From positions 93,994,001 through 94,058,000 of the forward strand of contig CM059432.1 of the NCBI GenBank assembly GCA_030390025.1: 64,000 nucleotides of DNA, read 5' to 3'. The notes under the pieces are model-generated. The model made no database searches, was not told where the DNA came from, and was given only the letters and a program-made list of their open reading frames with translations. Positions 49,370-62,749 of the stretch are shown piece after piece (positions within the stretch are counted from its first letter, which is position 1; each line of letters opens with the position of its first letter). The stretch is from Squalus acanthias. Lineage: Eukaryota. A program made the position numbers and the translations under genes.

Positions 49370-50214
49370 AGCAATTCAACCACTCCAAGTGTACAGGTCT
49401 ACAAAGAAATTGAATTCTGTAATACACAGTTGTTAATGGTGGGGGGAAACATCATTTTCATTGGAGTCTATACTGTCGATTTCTAAAATTGCGCACTCCT
49501 ATGCACAAGGCTTTAGCTAATAACAGATGCTCCCGAGATAGTGTACCTGATTCACATGCCACAAGCTGAACGCCAGGCTGCAAGTCCTATCTGCTGTTTT
49601 ATGTAATTATTCAACCCGCTCACTTTTCCTTAATAATGCCACATAACTTTCAGCTGAGTGGTCCTTCTTCTTGTGAATTCTATTTCAGTTTTTCACTACT
49701 GCCCAACCAAAAACAAACTGCCCATCTTACACAATCCAAACTTCCAGATGAGTTAACTGGACAACTTGATGCGGTTTCCATTGCTACTAGAGTTCTATTT
49801 TTTAAATTAGATTTCAAACTCTTCTTTATTTAAAATATATTGGGGAAAAAAAAACTAGAATCAAAGCGCACAAATTTTGCAGTTTATAGACAAATGAGTT
49901 TCAAAGCAATTCATTTTAAAATGTGTTAATCATTCCACATTAAACATGCAAAGATATACAGATCAACTAATTTGGGTAAGTTTGTAGTGTGTTCTTTCAC
50001 TCAAAGCCAGTGATTTATTCAGAGCATTTATATATTTGTACAATTTTGTTATATATTCAGCAATAAAAATATACAGAAAACCATTATGTCGATATAGTGG
50101 AGATTGCGCGCCTTTTGAAAGATACAGAAAAAATTCAGTACTCCGAAGGTCAAAATAATATGGGCCGCCAAATAAGTAGCTGGTTATTGAACACATCAGT
50201 ATTTCCTTCAAATT

Positions 50215-50810
50215 ACACAGCATCTACAGCACAGAAACAGGCCATTCAGCCCAACTGATTTACGCTGGTGTTTATACTCCACATGAGCCCCCACCCCCAT
50301 TACCTCTTCCTATCCTTCCCTGCTCATGTACGAATTAAGCCTCCTTTTAAATGCATTAGTTCTATCTGCTTCAACCATTCCGTGTGGCAGTGAGTTCCAA
50401 ATTCTTATCACAATCTATGTAAAGAAATTCCTCCTAAATTCTTGATTTGATCTGTTAGTGGCCATCTTATATTTATTCCCCCTTGTTCTGGACTCACCCA
50501 CAAGTGGCATCAGTTTTTCCACATCCACCCTATCGAACTCCTCCATAATTTTAAAGACCTCTTATCAGGTCTCCTCTTTTCTAGTTTTCTCTTTTCCAGA
50601 GAAAAAGGGCGCAGCCTGCTCAATCTTTCCGGATAGTTGTATCCTCTTGATTCTGCCAGCATCCTTGTAAATCTTTTCTGTGCTTTCTCCACAGCTTTGA
50701 TATCCTTTTTGTAATATGGAGACCAGAACTGCACACAGTACTCCAAGTGCGATCTAACCCAGGTTCTATATAAATTTTATATGACCTCTCTGTTTTGTAT
50801 TCGATTCCGA
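50215..50810 (-). mobile_element. CR1 3' fragment (different subfamily)
   Basis: ORF 50510..50746 EYCVQFWSPYYKKDI. Confidence 0.9.
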
Positions 50811-50937
50811 TAGAACTTTGTTTGCAATAGCACTTGACCAGGTGCAATAATCTCGGTTGGCTAGTTCTCAAATAAATTTATGATTCTCAAAGAAAATTAA
50901 GGCCTTGTCAAGATGCACGATATGAAGAGGGGGGAGT

Positions 50938-51108
50938 GGGGCGTTATTTTGACTTTGGCTAATAGTGTAAAATGGACAATAGCTTAATCGGCAACCCATT
51001 GTACATCTCTCCATTGAAGCCAAATGGAAATGAATATCTGTAAAACAGCTGCCGATTCGCTATCGCCCATTTTACACTCTCCCAATGAGTAAAGGTGAAA
51101 CATTGCCC
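50938..51108. mobile_element. About 170-bp palindromic MITE
   Basis: agtgtaaaatggacaatagcttaatcggca pairs with tgccgattcgctatcgcccattttacact; gggc/gccc ends; central ccattgaagccaaatgg. Confidence 0.7.
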
Positions 51109-51613
51109 AGGGGATTAAAAACAAAAATATATAAATTCTTTTAGTTCTCATTTCAGAGTATAAAATTTACCCAAATTACTCAGTTGTACCAACATGGCTG
51201 CCGGCTGAAACATATTTTTTAGGGATCCATGGTGACACTCGGTGGCCAAATACTGCAACTACAGGCAGATGCAACCAGCATTCCTGTCTCAACTCTCAGT
51301 ATACTATTGGGGGTCCATCAATTTTCCTGCACGATCCTGCCCAAAATTGCAGGAAGATGGGGCAGCATGGGTTACTACCACCACCACAAACAGATTTTCC
51401 TCCTCCCACCACAGCTGGGACTGCTGCTTCCCATGCCTTCCTCTACTGCCGCATGCAGGAGGAGTGGGGCCTAGATTCCCAGCGGATTTTCTTTCCTTCT
51501 ACCCATCTTGCGACTGCTTCCTGGGGCCACTGGGTACTGGCCTTGTAGTGACCTCCTCCCCTTTCATTCTGTCCCCAACTTTTGCAGGGCCCAGACTCGC
51601 TGAGGCCTTAAGT

Positions 51614-51932
51614 GGGACACAGTGGCATAGTGGTTAGCACTGTTGCCTCACAGCGCCAGAGACCCGGGTTCGAATCCGGCCTCGGGTGACTGTCTGTGTG
51701 GAGTTTGCACATTCTCCCAGTGTCTGCGTGGGTTTCCACCGGGAGCTCCGGTTTCCTCCCACAGTCCAAAGATGTGCGGGTTAGGTTGATTTGGCTATGA
51801 TAAATTGACCCTTAGTGTTAGGGGGGATTAAATACGTGGGGTTACGGGGATAGGGTGGGATATGTGTCGGTGCAGGCTTGATGGGCCGAAATGGCCTCTA
51901 TCTGCACTGTGGGGATTCTGTGATTCTGTGAT
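51614..51932 (+). mobile_element. HE1-type V-SINE, full length
   Basis: tRNA head (tggcatagtgg; ggttcgaatcc), V domain tgtgtggagtttgcacattctccc...ggtttcctcccacagtccaaaga, CR1-type tail gatgggccgaaatggcctc...gattctgtgattctgtga. Confidence 0.92.
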
Positions 51933-51944
51933 TTCCTGTAATCT

Positions 51945-52255
51945 TCAACAACAACCTTTATAACGCCTTAAACGTAGTAAAACATTCCAAAGTGCTTCAC
52001 AGGAGTGATCAAACAAAATTTGATACCGAGCCACATAAGGAGATATTAGGACAGGTGATCAAAGAGCTAGGTTTTAAGGAGCATCTTGAAAGAAGAGAGA
52101 GAGATGGAGAGGTTTAGGGAGGGAATTCCAGAGCTTGGGGCCGAGGCGGCTGAAAACACGGTCTCACCAATGGTTGAGCAGAGAAAATGGGGGATGCGCA
52201 AGAGGCCAGAATTGGAGGAATGCAGATATCAAAGGGTTGTAGGGCTGCAGCAGGT
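51945..52255 (-). mobile_element. L2 3' fragment
   Basis: Matches 13157-13490. Confidence 0.85.
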
Positions 52256-52918
52256 CAGGATGCTTCTGCACCTTTAAGGACCCTTGCTAGATCTTCTGGT
52301 GCTGCAGCAGCATCCCCGCACTTGCGAGCTCCCCCTTGACAACAGAAATTCTGCCACAAGCCCATCATGAGCCCCACGTAATCAAAAACACAGGAAAATG
52401 GATCGCGGCAGGGATGGATACAGAGGAGCGGTTAGAAGTCATGCCCTGTTGTTGCTCTGCCGCAAAGAAGACAATTCTTCACCCCTCCCCCCCCCCGCAA
52501 GATCTCTGCTGTTGTTTTAGCAGCTACCATTACATGATATTAAAAATTGAAAATACCCATCACCAACTGTAGTTAAATGCTAAAATTAGGAATTTCTCAG
52601 AGACTGACGCAGGACTTTTCAATGCATTTTGAAACTGAATGTTGCACGCACTCAGCAATTGTAATATATAATAGATATTACAAGAGATATGGCAGCCTAG
52701 TGGCAGAATTGTCTGTACCAGAGGGCAGGAGACTTGCTGCAACTACCCACTAGTCGGCTGAGATCTCTTCCTGTCAGTAGTTGACTTCTTTCTTTCTCCT
52801 GGAAACGTTAGTCTCTCAATTGCTTCCAGAGGCCATTTATATTAGTGTGTCTTTTTTTTTTTTTTTAAAAAGCAGATTCTATTCATTTATTGTATTTCAG
52901 CTCATCTATCCCAATCAA

Positions 52919-53336
52919 GTGTCAGCCTTGGCTCAGTGGTAGCACTCTTGCCTTCGAGTCAGAAAGTCATGGCTTCAAGTCCCACTCCAGAGACATGAGC
53001 ACATAATCTCGGCTGACACTTCGGTGCAGTACTGAGGGAGTGTTGCGCTGTTGGAGGTGCCGTCTTTTGGATGAGATGTTAAACCGAGATCTTGTCTGAC
53101 CCCTCAGGTAGACGCAGAATATCCCAGAAGAGCAGGGGCGTTCTCTCGGTGCCCTGGCTGATATGTATCCCTCAACCAACATTATTTAAAGATTATTTGT
53201 TCACAAATCTCATTGCAGTTTGAAATTTGGCTGCCATGTTACCTCATGACTACGCTTCACAAGTACTTAATTGGCTGTGAAGTGCTTTGGAACATCCTGA
53301 GAATGTGAAAGGTGCTATATTGATACAAGTTCTTTC
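52919..53336 (+). mobile_element. SacSINE1-like DeuSINE, full length
   Basis: tggctcagtgg A box, ttcaagtcc B box, ggatgagatgttaaaccgag domain, L2-type tail. Confidence 0.88.
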
Positions 53337-55064
53337 TATTTTTGGAGGATATTTGGTACCCTCCCAGCCTCGTTTGATATTTCTTACCCGACTCGGTGGT
53401 CGGCCCTATTCCTCCAGGCTTGATAATTTTGAATAGATATGGTCTGGTCTGTTTTTTTAAATATGGACTATGATTTTTTTTTAAAACAAATCTAGTATTT
53501 TCTACTAGATTCTAGTTCTGAACTTTGTTCTACTTATACTTTTGATGTTTCTTGCCATTCTATTGCTTCGTTTAACATGTAATATTGATTGTTTCTGCAT
53601 CGTCGACTCCCTGGGTATTTTCTTTGCATTAGCTGAAATTTAAAAACAATCAAGAAGAATAAACCCCTCCCCCCCCCCACAGTAATGGCGCAAAAGCTTA
53701 CAGTGCAAATAATTGTGCACTATTTACACAAAAACAAGTGCTAGGACACATTTTAGATTGCTTGGGGTAAATTTATGCTACACGTTTAGTGTTGGTACAT
53801 TGGACTGGTACATCAAATCGGGTATATGGTTATTCCAGACTTGGGGAAACACTTAACTTCTCATTTCCGATAATCAGTAAACCTGCAAAGAGAATTGTAT
53901 TCAAGCTATAAAATCATACCATCACCATTATCCCACTGTAATTCAGCACTGAGTGCATGGATCAATGTCTTCCCAGGGCTATGAAACAAAACAGCCAACA
54001 TCCTACCCAGCATGCATGCTCAAGGTCAGTTCCCATAATATTTTAAAAAGCACAGCACAATATTACAAATTGCTTCCAATAAATAATTTACAACAATATG
54101 CCGAGTTAGGGATTGGTTTACAAAATAAATAGTAGCAGTGCCTCAGAATCCTTATTGCATACCAGCACTTGAGAAACCAGGCTTTTTTTCTTAATGAACA
54201 TTACTTTATAGCCACATAAAAAATTGAACATTAGAGTACTGCCAAATTAAATTTCTCTCTTAACTAAGTAATTTTGCCAGTTCCATATTAGATTCTGCAA
54301 CTCAGCAATTAATCCATAAATAGAGACAGACCTACACAATTCTATTACGGAGTATAAAATTAGCTGATAGAAAATCTGTCAGATTTTAAATTTCTTCAGT
54401 CTGAAGCAATTTGTTTAATAATAATATTGACCCATCCAGTTTGATAATTCTCAGAAGATTAACTAATGGAAATTTCTTATTCCATTGTAAAACCAGAATT
54501 ATAATGTAGCCTGTTGAATTAGAAAATACTAGATTTGTAAAAAAAAAAGTCCATACTTTAAAAATATACAGTTAAGGAACAATTAAAACTGCAAAGCTTT
54601 GTTACATTGAAATTCAGCATTGCACAGGTTTTAGGTAATGTGCTAATGCTGAGCACTAGCTAACAGGTTCATTTCCCACTCAGCTCAGTTCACATGAGAG
54701 TCAAGGAGGTGCAGGAAGGCAACAGTAGAGACAAGGACATCACCCAGCAGAAGAGTCACACCTGGACAGTTTCTGGCTACAAAAGAGCATTAGCGGCAGA
54801 TATAGCAAGCCTTGTCCACCTTTCACAGCTGCAGAGGTCAGATGAAGAAAGAGATAACATTACAAAACAAAAAGGAGAGAAGGGGAAGAAATCTGCTAAA
54901 AATATCCATATTAAAAGCTTTATATAAACAAAAGAGTTACTCTAGTTTCCTTACCCAAAATGGCATTGGCAATACAATTAGCTTAAGAGAGACTTCTGCA
55001 TTTCTAACTCAAATAGTCATTTGTAAATGTAGGCACAACTTGCAAATTATGGATCCTATTTGAC

Positions 55065-55505
55065 CATCACAAGATAATTACGGATGAGGAAAGCCATTCA
55101 GGACATCTTATTTTATTTATAATGACCCTAAAGTCCTCCCATTGCAGCATTCAATTGGTTCTTAAAAAAAAAATCCTAAAATCTTGCCTCCACTACTCTA
55201 TCCAAGAATGCATTCTAAGTATTGATCACTCTTTGTTTGAAGAATTTCTTGAGATCAATCCAAATTTGCCCTTTTGTAGCTTGCTTTGTTATATTCCTAC
55301 AATTAGTAAATAATATAGAAAATATTAAATTTATATAACATCACCTCTTAGACAGCTCCAGTCAAGACTGAAAAGCTCAAATCTCTCTACTCTTCGACTT
55401 CTAATACTATCGATCAGCTTTCTGGCTCTTCTCTGCACTGCCTCGAATGCTTGAATATCTCCCCAGTGTCTCAGCAACCAGTACTACACACAGTACTGGA
55501 GACCT
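55065..55505 (-). mobile_element. Very decayed CR1 3' fragment
   Basis: gaagaatttct, gctcttctctgcactgcctc and cacacagtact resemble the reverse-complemented CR1 3' region. Confidence 0.5.
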
Positions 55506-56340
55506 GGCACCCGATTTTAACCCATTTCACCCAGAGGGAACAGGACGGGTGAGCAGTTAAAATCGCGAAAATCGACTTATGCCTCAACAGCGCCTGAAAA
55601 CAGGTGTTTTTAAAATAGGAAAACACAGGCCCTATTGCAAGGGCAGAGCCATGGCCGAAAGATTGTGGGGGGTGAGGTAGGGGAGGGGTTTGAAGTCCAG
55701 ATTGGCCAACTTGCATAGCACAGTCATGACAACTTCCTCCAATGCCGCATTGCCGCACCAGGTCCCAGCCATAAGCACAACTTTTCTATATGGCCTTGTG
55801 GGGACAGAGCCGCCACCCGCCCCAAAAGGCCGCTGACATGAGGGGGCGCGGGGCCAAGGTCAGAGGCTTCTTAAGTCAGGAGATCCCACTCCTAGACCCT
55901 CAGTCAGCAACTGGCGTACCACTGTCACACATATGCCTGGTCTCAATTGCATACCTGGACCCCTGAAGATTGGGGAGAGTTTTTTTTAAATCCACATTTT
56001 AAAGTAGCTCCAAAGGCAGTCACAAGGGGCTTCAGAGAATCCTCTTCTGGCAAGGGGCCGAGGGGGGGGGGGGGGCCCGAGGGGGGGTGGGGGGGGCGGG
56101 GGGAAAGAGGAGAATGGCAGGTAAAAGGCAGCAGCTTACAGTCAGGATTCTGGACTCCTCGGCAAAAGCGGGCTGTCGTACATGCGCTCCCAAAATGCCA
56201 ATTGTCTACTCATGGAGGCTCCTCCCTGATCCTGCAAACTTCAGTGGGGTCAGCGGCAGAGTTCCACAGCAGGCACGATGCCAGCGTAACTGCCAGGATC
56301 GTGGCCCCACAGGTTTTCTAGATCTAGATTTCAAAATCTC
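55506..56340. mobile_element. TIR-family element with internal G-tracts
   Basis: Left end cccgattttaacc...gcagttaaaatc matches 1234-1290; right end uncertain. Confidence 0.45.
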
Positions 56341-56420
56341 AATATTATCAAACAGAAAAGATTAAGCAGTGTACTCACGATGGAACTGCATAGAAAATGG
56401 AAAGGACAGTTGAAGACAAT

Positions 56421-57134
56421 GGCCCGGAATTTGCAGTCAGCGGCAAAGAGAAGACGTTCACCTCTGGCCCCGAAGTATGCTTTGCACAAGGATCTCGCGA
56501 TCTCTGTTGAGAATTTCAGGTTTTCCAACATTCAATTCAAATCAATGGAGCTTAGTGGGGATCCCATAGTGCGAACTGCTGGGACGTCAACAAGATGTCT
56601 AAGCAGCCAGTCAACATGCAGAATTCTCACAGACAGCGAACAAGGAAGTGGGTAAGCTCTTAAAATTCTAACTTTTTTGAAATGTTAGAGAAAGCAAAGC
56701 AAAGATTGGGGCTCTCACATGGGGAAAAGGCAAACCTGAAATAAAGATGGACAGTTTCTTAAAAATCTTTTTTATTAAGGACAAATTTCACATTGCTCAA
56801 AATTAAAATTAGTTTTTCAGGCTCTTTAACATTTGTTTAGCAGTCAATACGCTATTAAAACCCCAGTTACACTTAATCCCTTTGGGTCTAACTTTTAGTG
56901 GGAAACTTAACAGGGTAATTATGGCAGAAGAGCTAAAGTTATCAGTTTCCCCGATTTGGGTAATTTCACTGTGGGGGGCACAGCGCAGCCTGTGTCGGAG
57001 CTGTGAATGACAGACCGCAACTTAAGGATTTCCGCATGCACCTGCACCAAATCCCGAAGTTGCGGTCAGTTTTAAAGACGGAATGACCGAGAACGCTGCC
57101 AGTTTGCCGTCACCCCGACCGTAAATTCCGGGCC
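56421..57134. mobile_element. TIR element with AAT TSD
   Basis: aat|ggcccggaatttgcagtc ... gaccgtaaattccgggcc|aat. Confidence 0.88.
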
Positions 57135-57299
57135 AATAGCTTGAAGAAACCAGAGTATTTAATGTTGAATCACCACTGATTTAAGTGGATTTAGAGTTTC
57201 CTCTTTATACTTCAAGGTTTACTAAAAACGATGAGCACTCTCAAAATGTTAAAAGTAACCGACTAATTAAAATTAGAAAGGACAAGTTGATCTAAGAAA

Positions 57300-57690
57300 A
57301 TAATGAGTACAAAATTGAAGATCTTTGGTCTTCATCAGTCTTATTGCCCTACAGTAAAATCAGATACACAGAGGAGGATCAACACCTTTTCAAAGTTAAA
57401 TACAAGCAAAAGTGATTATATAAATTGTCAGGTTGAAAATAGCTGTGGAGAAGATTGATTTAGCTTGGACTTATAGAATTAGAAGAATAGCCTGTCAAAA
57501 ATAACTATAAAAAAGGCAAGGTGGGAAATAAGGTCCCAAGGAAGACCAAAAGAAAGATAGACTAGCACCATCAAGAAAAATAATTGACCGTCAATTCTGG
57601 CAACAAGACAAAGGACCAAAAACACTGAACTGAAGAAAGCGGTGGTGGCCCAATCCCGTGCTAGTTAAAAGTGGATGATGATAGATGAGA
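57300..57690 (+). mobile_element. Possible ancient RTE-type LINE 3' end
   Basis: ggcaaggtgggaaataaggtcccaaggaagaccaaaagaaagatag resembles GKV..KR.RGRP..RW; ends in gatgatgat. Confidence 0.4.
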
Positions 57691-59537
57691 GTCCACCTGT
57701 TCAGCTGGGTCCACCCCAGATTGATATATTTGAGAAATGTGCTGAATAAGATTTATATTCTGTCAAACACATTTGTTTTCAAACATGGCCCAGTTTCACA
57801 ATAACATTTTCTTATTTCAAAAATGGAACTTACAGATCAACAAAATGTATTCGGCAGTGCAGTAAATTGCAGCAATATTACAGTATAACTCAATTAATGA
57901 AACTCTAATAACCTTCCCAGTCTATTAAAATCTGCTGTTTATTCACAATGAAAATATGATACACATTTAAAACGTATATTCTTATAGCTCTTGGAAACAT
58001 GTCAAAGTGCTTCACATAAAAAGTTACTTCGAAAAGGCAGCGATTGTTGTGTCATCCAACATATGCTGTGATCAAGAAGATTGATCAATAATGCTAGCAT
58101 TCAGAAGGAAATAAAATAAACTTTCATTAGGTGTTTATTGACACAAAACAGTCTACCAACATAAAAAAAAAGGCCGCTTGTAAAAAGACACCATGGCATT
58201 CAGAGATATCTCACCTACTCCACTGAAGTATGCAAGTCTTAACAATGCTTAAAATAACTCTAAATATGGTTATCAATTACTGTGCTACAAGTTTAAGCAT
58301 TATCATCTCTGGAAGACAAGGTCATTCACACTCGGTATTTCCTCACACCCCAGAACTTAGCCTTTACCACTTATGGAATGTGAATGACAGGGAGGAAAAC
58401 AGATGCAGATAGTAACCCTTAGCCATGGTTAAGAGGTTTCTGCTGACAAATGCACTATTGCCCCATCAGTTTAATGAGCAATAAAGCTGCAACAGTAAAC
58501 ACATATTCTGCTGACATTAAACCATAATAGATTACCTTAACCTCTGAACAGGTGGGGTTGTTGGCTATAAACAGTCACTTTATCTCAAAAACTGTCAGCC
58601 TCAGGTCAACTCAACATTATTAGGGATTCAAATTAGAACACAATCAAAAATTTCAACTGGCACATTATGCAACAACTGCAACCAGTCAGTAGCAGTTTGT
58701 TTCTACATTTATCTCCCAACCCAAGCAACACACAAGGAACTCTTCGGTTAGCCAACACACTTGTCTATCAAAACTGAAACAAGCACATATTTTACATAGT
58801 TCTTAAAAGTTTTAGTTGCGAAGTTTCAAATCAATGCAAATCAAAAAGATTGACAACTCTACTGCAAATATCAGTTCTACGATTTATTTATGGACAGTTA
58901 ACGCCACTGTACAGAACTCAAAAGGGCATTCAAGGTTAATAAAAGAATATTTATTCAAAAAGCAGTCATAACAGGGACTGGATACTGTAATGTTCTTCCA
59001 TCCTTACCACCTTGGTTCAGATGAAGCCTGCACTATTGGGATGAAAACCTCGACTCTCTGCTGGCTGTAAGGATCCTACATAAAATGGATTTGACTAGTC
59101 TCATTCCAAGAGGGTGCAAGCCCCAACAGAAAACTAACCAACAGTAAGCCTAAGCTGGCAATCTCACTCAGGAAGACTAAAGGGTGGCTGGTAGAAGGAA
59201 TAGATATTTCACACTGGTGGAGTAGACAACAATCTTCCAAAGTAAAGATACATATTTGGAACATGGTAGAGAAATTTTCACTTTCTATTTGACCATGCTA
59301 TAGTTGACCTACATCTGTTTGGTGCTCAAAATGGAGAAGTATTCCATCCACTAAACTTGACAACTACAAACATATAAAGAAAAAAACCAAATTGCATTTA
59401 TATAGAATCTTTCACGTCCTCAGGATGTTCCAAAGTGCTTCATAGCCAATGAAGTACATTTGAAGTGTAATCACTGTGAAGTGTTGTAATGTGGACAAAC
59501 ACGGCAGCCAATTTGTAAACAGCAAGATCCTACATAC

Positions 59538-60845
59538 TTCAATGTCGGGGGCGCGATTAAGAAATTTGCAGAGGATACTAAAATTGGCCATGTGGTTGAT
59601 AGTGAGGAAGAAAGCTGTAGACTGCAGGAAGATATCAATGGACTGGTCAGGTGGGCAGATGGAATTCAATCCAGACTAGTGTGAGGTAATGCATTTGGGG
59701 AGGGCTAACAAGGCAAGGGAATACACAATAAATGGTAGGATACCGAGAAGTGTAGAGGAACAGAGGGACCTTGGAGTGCATGTCCACAGTTCCCTGAAGG
59801 TAGCAGAACAGGTAGATAAGGTGGTTAAGAAGGCATAAGGGATACTTTCCTTTATTAGTCAAGGCATAGAATATAAGAGCAGGGAGGTTATGCTTGAACT
59901 GTATAAAACACTAGTTAGGCCACAGCTAGAGTACTGCATACAGTCTGATCACCACATTACAGGAAAGATGTGATTGCATTAGAGAGGGTACAGAGGAGAT
60001 TTATGAAGATGTTGCCAGGACTGGAGAATTTTAGCTATGAGGAAAGATTGGATAGGCTAGTTTTTTTTCTTTGGAACAGAGGAGACTGAGGGGAGACTTA
60101 ATTGGAGGTATATAAAATTATGAGGGGCCTAGATAGAGTGGGTAGGAAGGACCCATTTCCCTTAGCAGAGAGGTCAATAACCAGGAGGCATATATCTAAA
60201 GTAATTGGTGGAAGGATTAGAGGAGAGTCAAGAACAACTGTTTTCCACCCAGAGGGTGGTGGGGGTCTGGAACTCACTGCCTGAAAGGGTGGCAGAGGCA
60301 GAAACCCTCATCATATTTAAAAAGTACAGGAAACTCTTTATTAACTGGCACCGACGGGACCGGCGTGGTGCCGGTTAATCAAAAAGTCCAGATAACGGAG
60401 AGTTATATCTCCCAACGTACAAGAGCCCCGTACACATTGACATGCGCCTGCATTCGGAGCTCCGTCTCCCTGGGGACCGCCAGCTGACCATCTGTCGTGT
60501 CCGCTGCCTACCCGGGCTGCACATTCCCCTCCCAATCTACACGCTCCGATACAAGGCAAACGCCTCGGGGTGTTTTTTTAAAGTTAATTTTAAACGAGAG
60601 ATGAAGGAAAACCCCGGTTACCTACTCAAGAATTTTGCCGGTTAAGAGAGATTTCCGGTTATTTGGGTGCCGGTTAATAAAGAGTTTCCTGTACTTGGAT
60701 ATACACTTGAAGTGCCGTAAACTACAGGGCTATGCATCAAAAGCTGGAAAATGGGATTAGGATGGATAGCTCTTTTTCAGCCGGCACAGACATGATGGGC
60801 CGAATGGCCTCCTTCTGTGCTGTAAATTTCTATGATTCTATGACT
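59538..60845 (+). mobile_element. CR1 LINE, 5'-truncated, with 8-bp TSD
   Basis: ctacatac at 59530-59537 and 60846-60853; CR1 RT end and ttctatgattctatga tail. Confidence 0.92.
60327..60691. mobile_element. Tc1/mariner-pogo (Tigger-like) MITE, 365 bp
   Basis: 26-bp TIR caggaaactctttattaac(t/c)ggcacc, 25/26 match; TA TSD; removal restores CR1 aaaagtacttgg. Confidence 0.93.
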
Positions 60846-62749
60846 CTACATACAGCATGGAGGTAAAGAACGAGATAATCTCTCTGGTGGTGTTGGCTGA
60901 GATTTAAATGTTGGTCAGGATACCAAGACAATTCCCCTGCTCTTCTTCAAATAGTGCCATGTAATCTTTTACATCCACTTGAGAGGGCAGACAGTTTCAC
61001 GTGTCATTTGAGAGAGAGCACCTTTGACGGAGAAGCATTCCCTCAGTGCTGCACTGAAGTATCAGTCAATGGGTTCAAGACTCTGGAGTGGGGCTTGAAC
61101 CCACAACCTTCTGACTCAGGCCAGATTACTACCACTGGGTCACGTAGCAAACACATCAATGTACAAAGCAATGGTAACTGTGAATTTGCGGGCAAATGCA
61201 TGTGATAAAAAATGACAATACTACGACGTGTTAAAATATTAGGTTACACCAAACGTAATACACAGTAGCTGGTGTAAAAGATGCCCCACGAGACAAATTG
61301 AAAGTCAGCATTATCTCGGAACAGTGCCATATCCAACTGCATCACCGGACCACGTCAATAGACTTTCATCTCAGTCAAAGTGAGTACCTACAGTAAAATG
61401 TAAATGTCAACTTAAAAAAAGCAACACTTAAGAGCTGGCTTTCTGAGCACTTGGATGATATAAATAGCATTCTTCAAGATTAGGGAATTATATTTTAATC
61501 TTCCAGAATTGGTAAGCAGACCAAAAGGACCTTCACAACTTAAAACCACTTGTAGTATGTGGTCAGATCACTAATTTCAGTACACTAATCCTATCCAACG
61601 ATCTTGTATTTCCCATTTGATAGCAAACATCAAACTGAGCAAGTCACAATTTTTTTACCTGGTTAGACACTTTATTTACCATCAACAATACTGAGGAAGT
61701 AATGTCATGTTTTGAACAACAAATTCAACAGTGCACTTTACTGAAGCAAACCTTTGCACAGTACATAGATTCAAGAGCTGAGAGATTATCTCTTTCAATA
61801 TTTAATTTCCTGGCTGAGCAGGTCTACAATAGAGTTTACAAAACTGATAACCTACCACTCTTTATACAGAAAAAAATATGCGACTTAGAACAATGCCAAT
61901 ATCCATAGCACATCCATTCAGATGTAGCCAGGTGTCCGAGTGGCTCAGACTGACATGCTGGAACCAGGTTATCAACCGAAACTTCCTCAAATATAGTTAG
62001 CTTCCAATTTCAACTGAAGTGGGCAGAGAAAAAGTTAAGCAGAGAAAAGAAAGGAGGGCATATTTATTTTTGGTCAGCTAAGTATATGCCTCACACAGAA
62101 ACTCATTACCATGTTTAAGAATCTTCAAGCCAACCTAGTGAAAAATTCACAACTGCAGAATTTCTGATTGCTCAATAATGCACACTCTTCCTCGACTGCC
62201 ATAGGGATACAACCCAACTTAAAGACAAAGAGGTAAGGCACAGCTTGGCAGTGCCAACATTTCAGGACTCTCCAAATGTGTACAGGGTACTGCTAGAGCA
62301 CAAGTAGTTAAAACTGCACAAGTTACCAGTACAGAACCCTGGCAAAGTTTCTACTGTTTGACCAGTTAGGGTTACCCTACCATTAAGATGTTGGCTTGCA
62401 TGGTTCTCTGGAGACAAATTGAAAGAATCCCAGTCCTTAATATAGGACTACTATTCCAGGTTTCACTAGTGAAACAAATTGGTTCGTCAATCATCAGCAA
62501 TACCCTGAAGTACTGCAGGCCTGCCTGGTTCAGTTATCAATTACCAAATCTGCTACAAGGGGTCAACTTGGTTCCAAACTTAACAGGCATGTCATCTTGG
62601 TGCCATCTTAATCCAAAAAGACTCCAGTTATCTCCTCCACTCTCCAAGGAGGATAGTCACTAGTTGGTCAGTAGACAACTAATTAGTTGGTCATCAGACA
62701 ACTAAAAAGCATAGGTTTTAACTATTGCTGGGTCGACAGCAAGTATGAG

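Larger units (their letters stand above)
59388..61137 (-). mobile_element. SacSINE1-like DeuSINE split by a CR1 insertion
   Basis: Tail at 59388-59537 and body/head at 60854-61137 join into one SINE. Confidence 0.8.
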
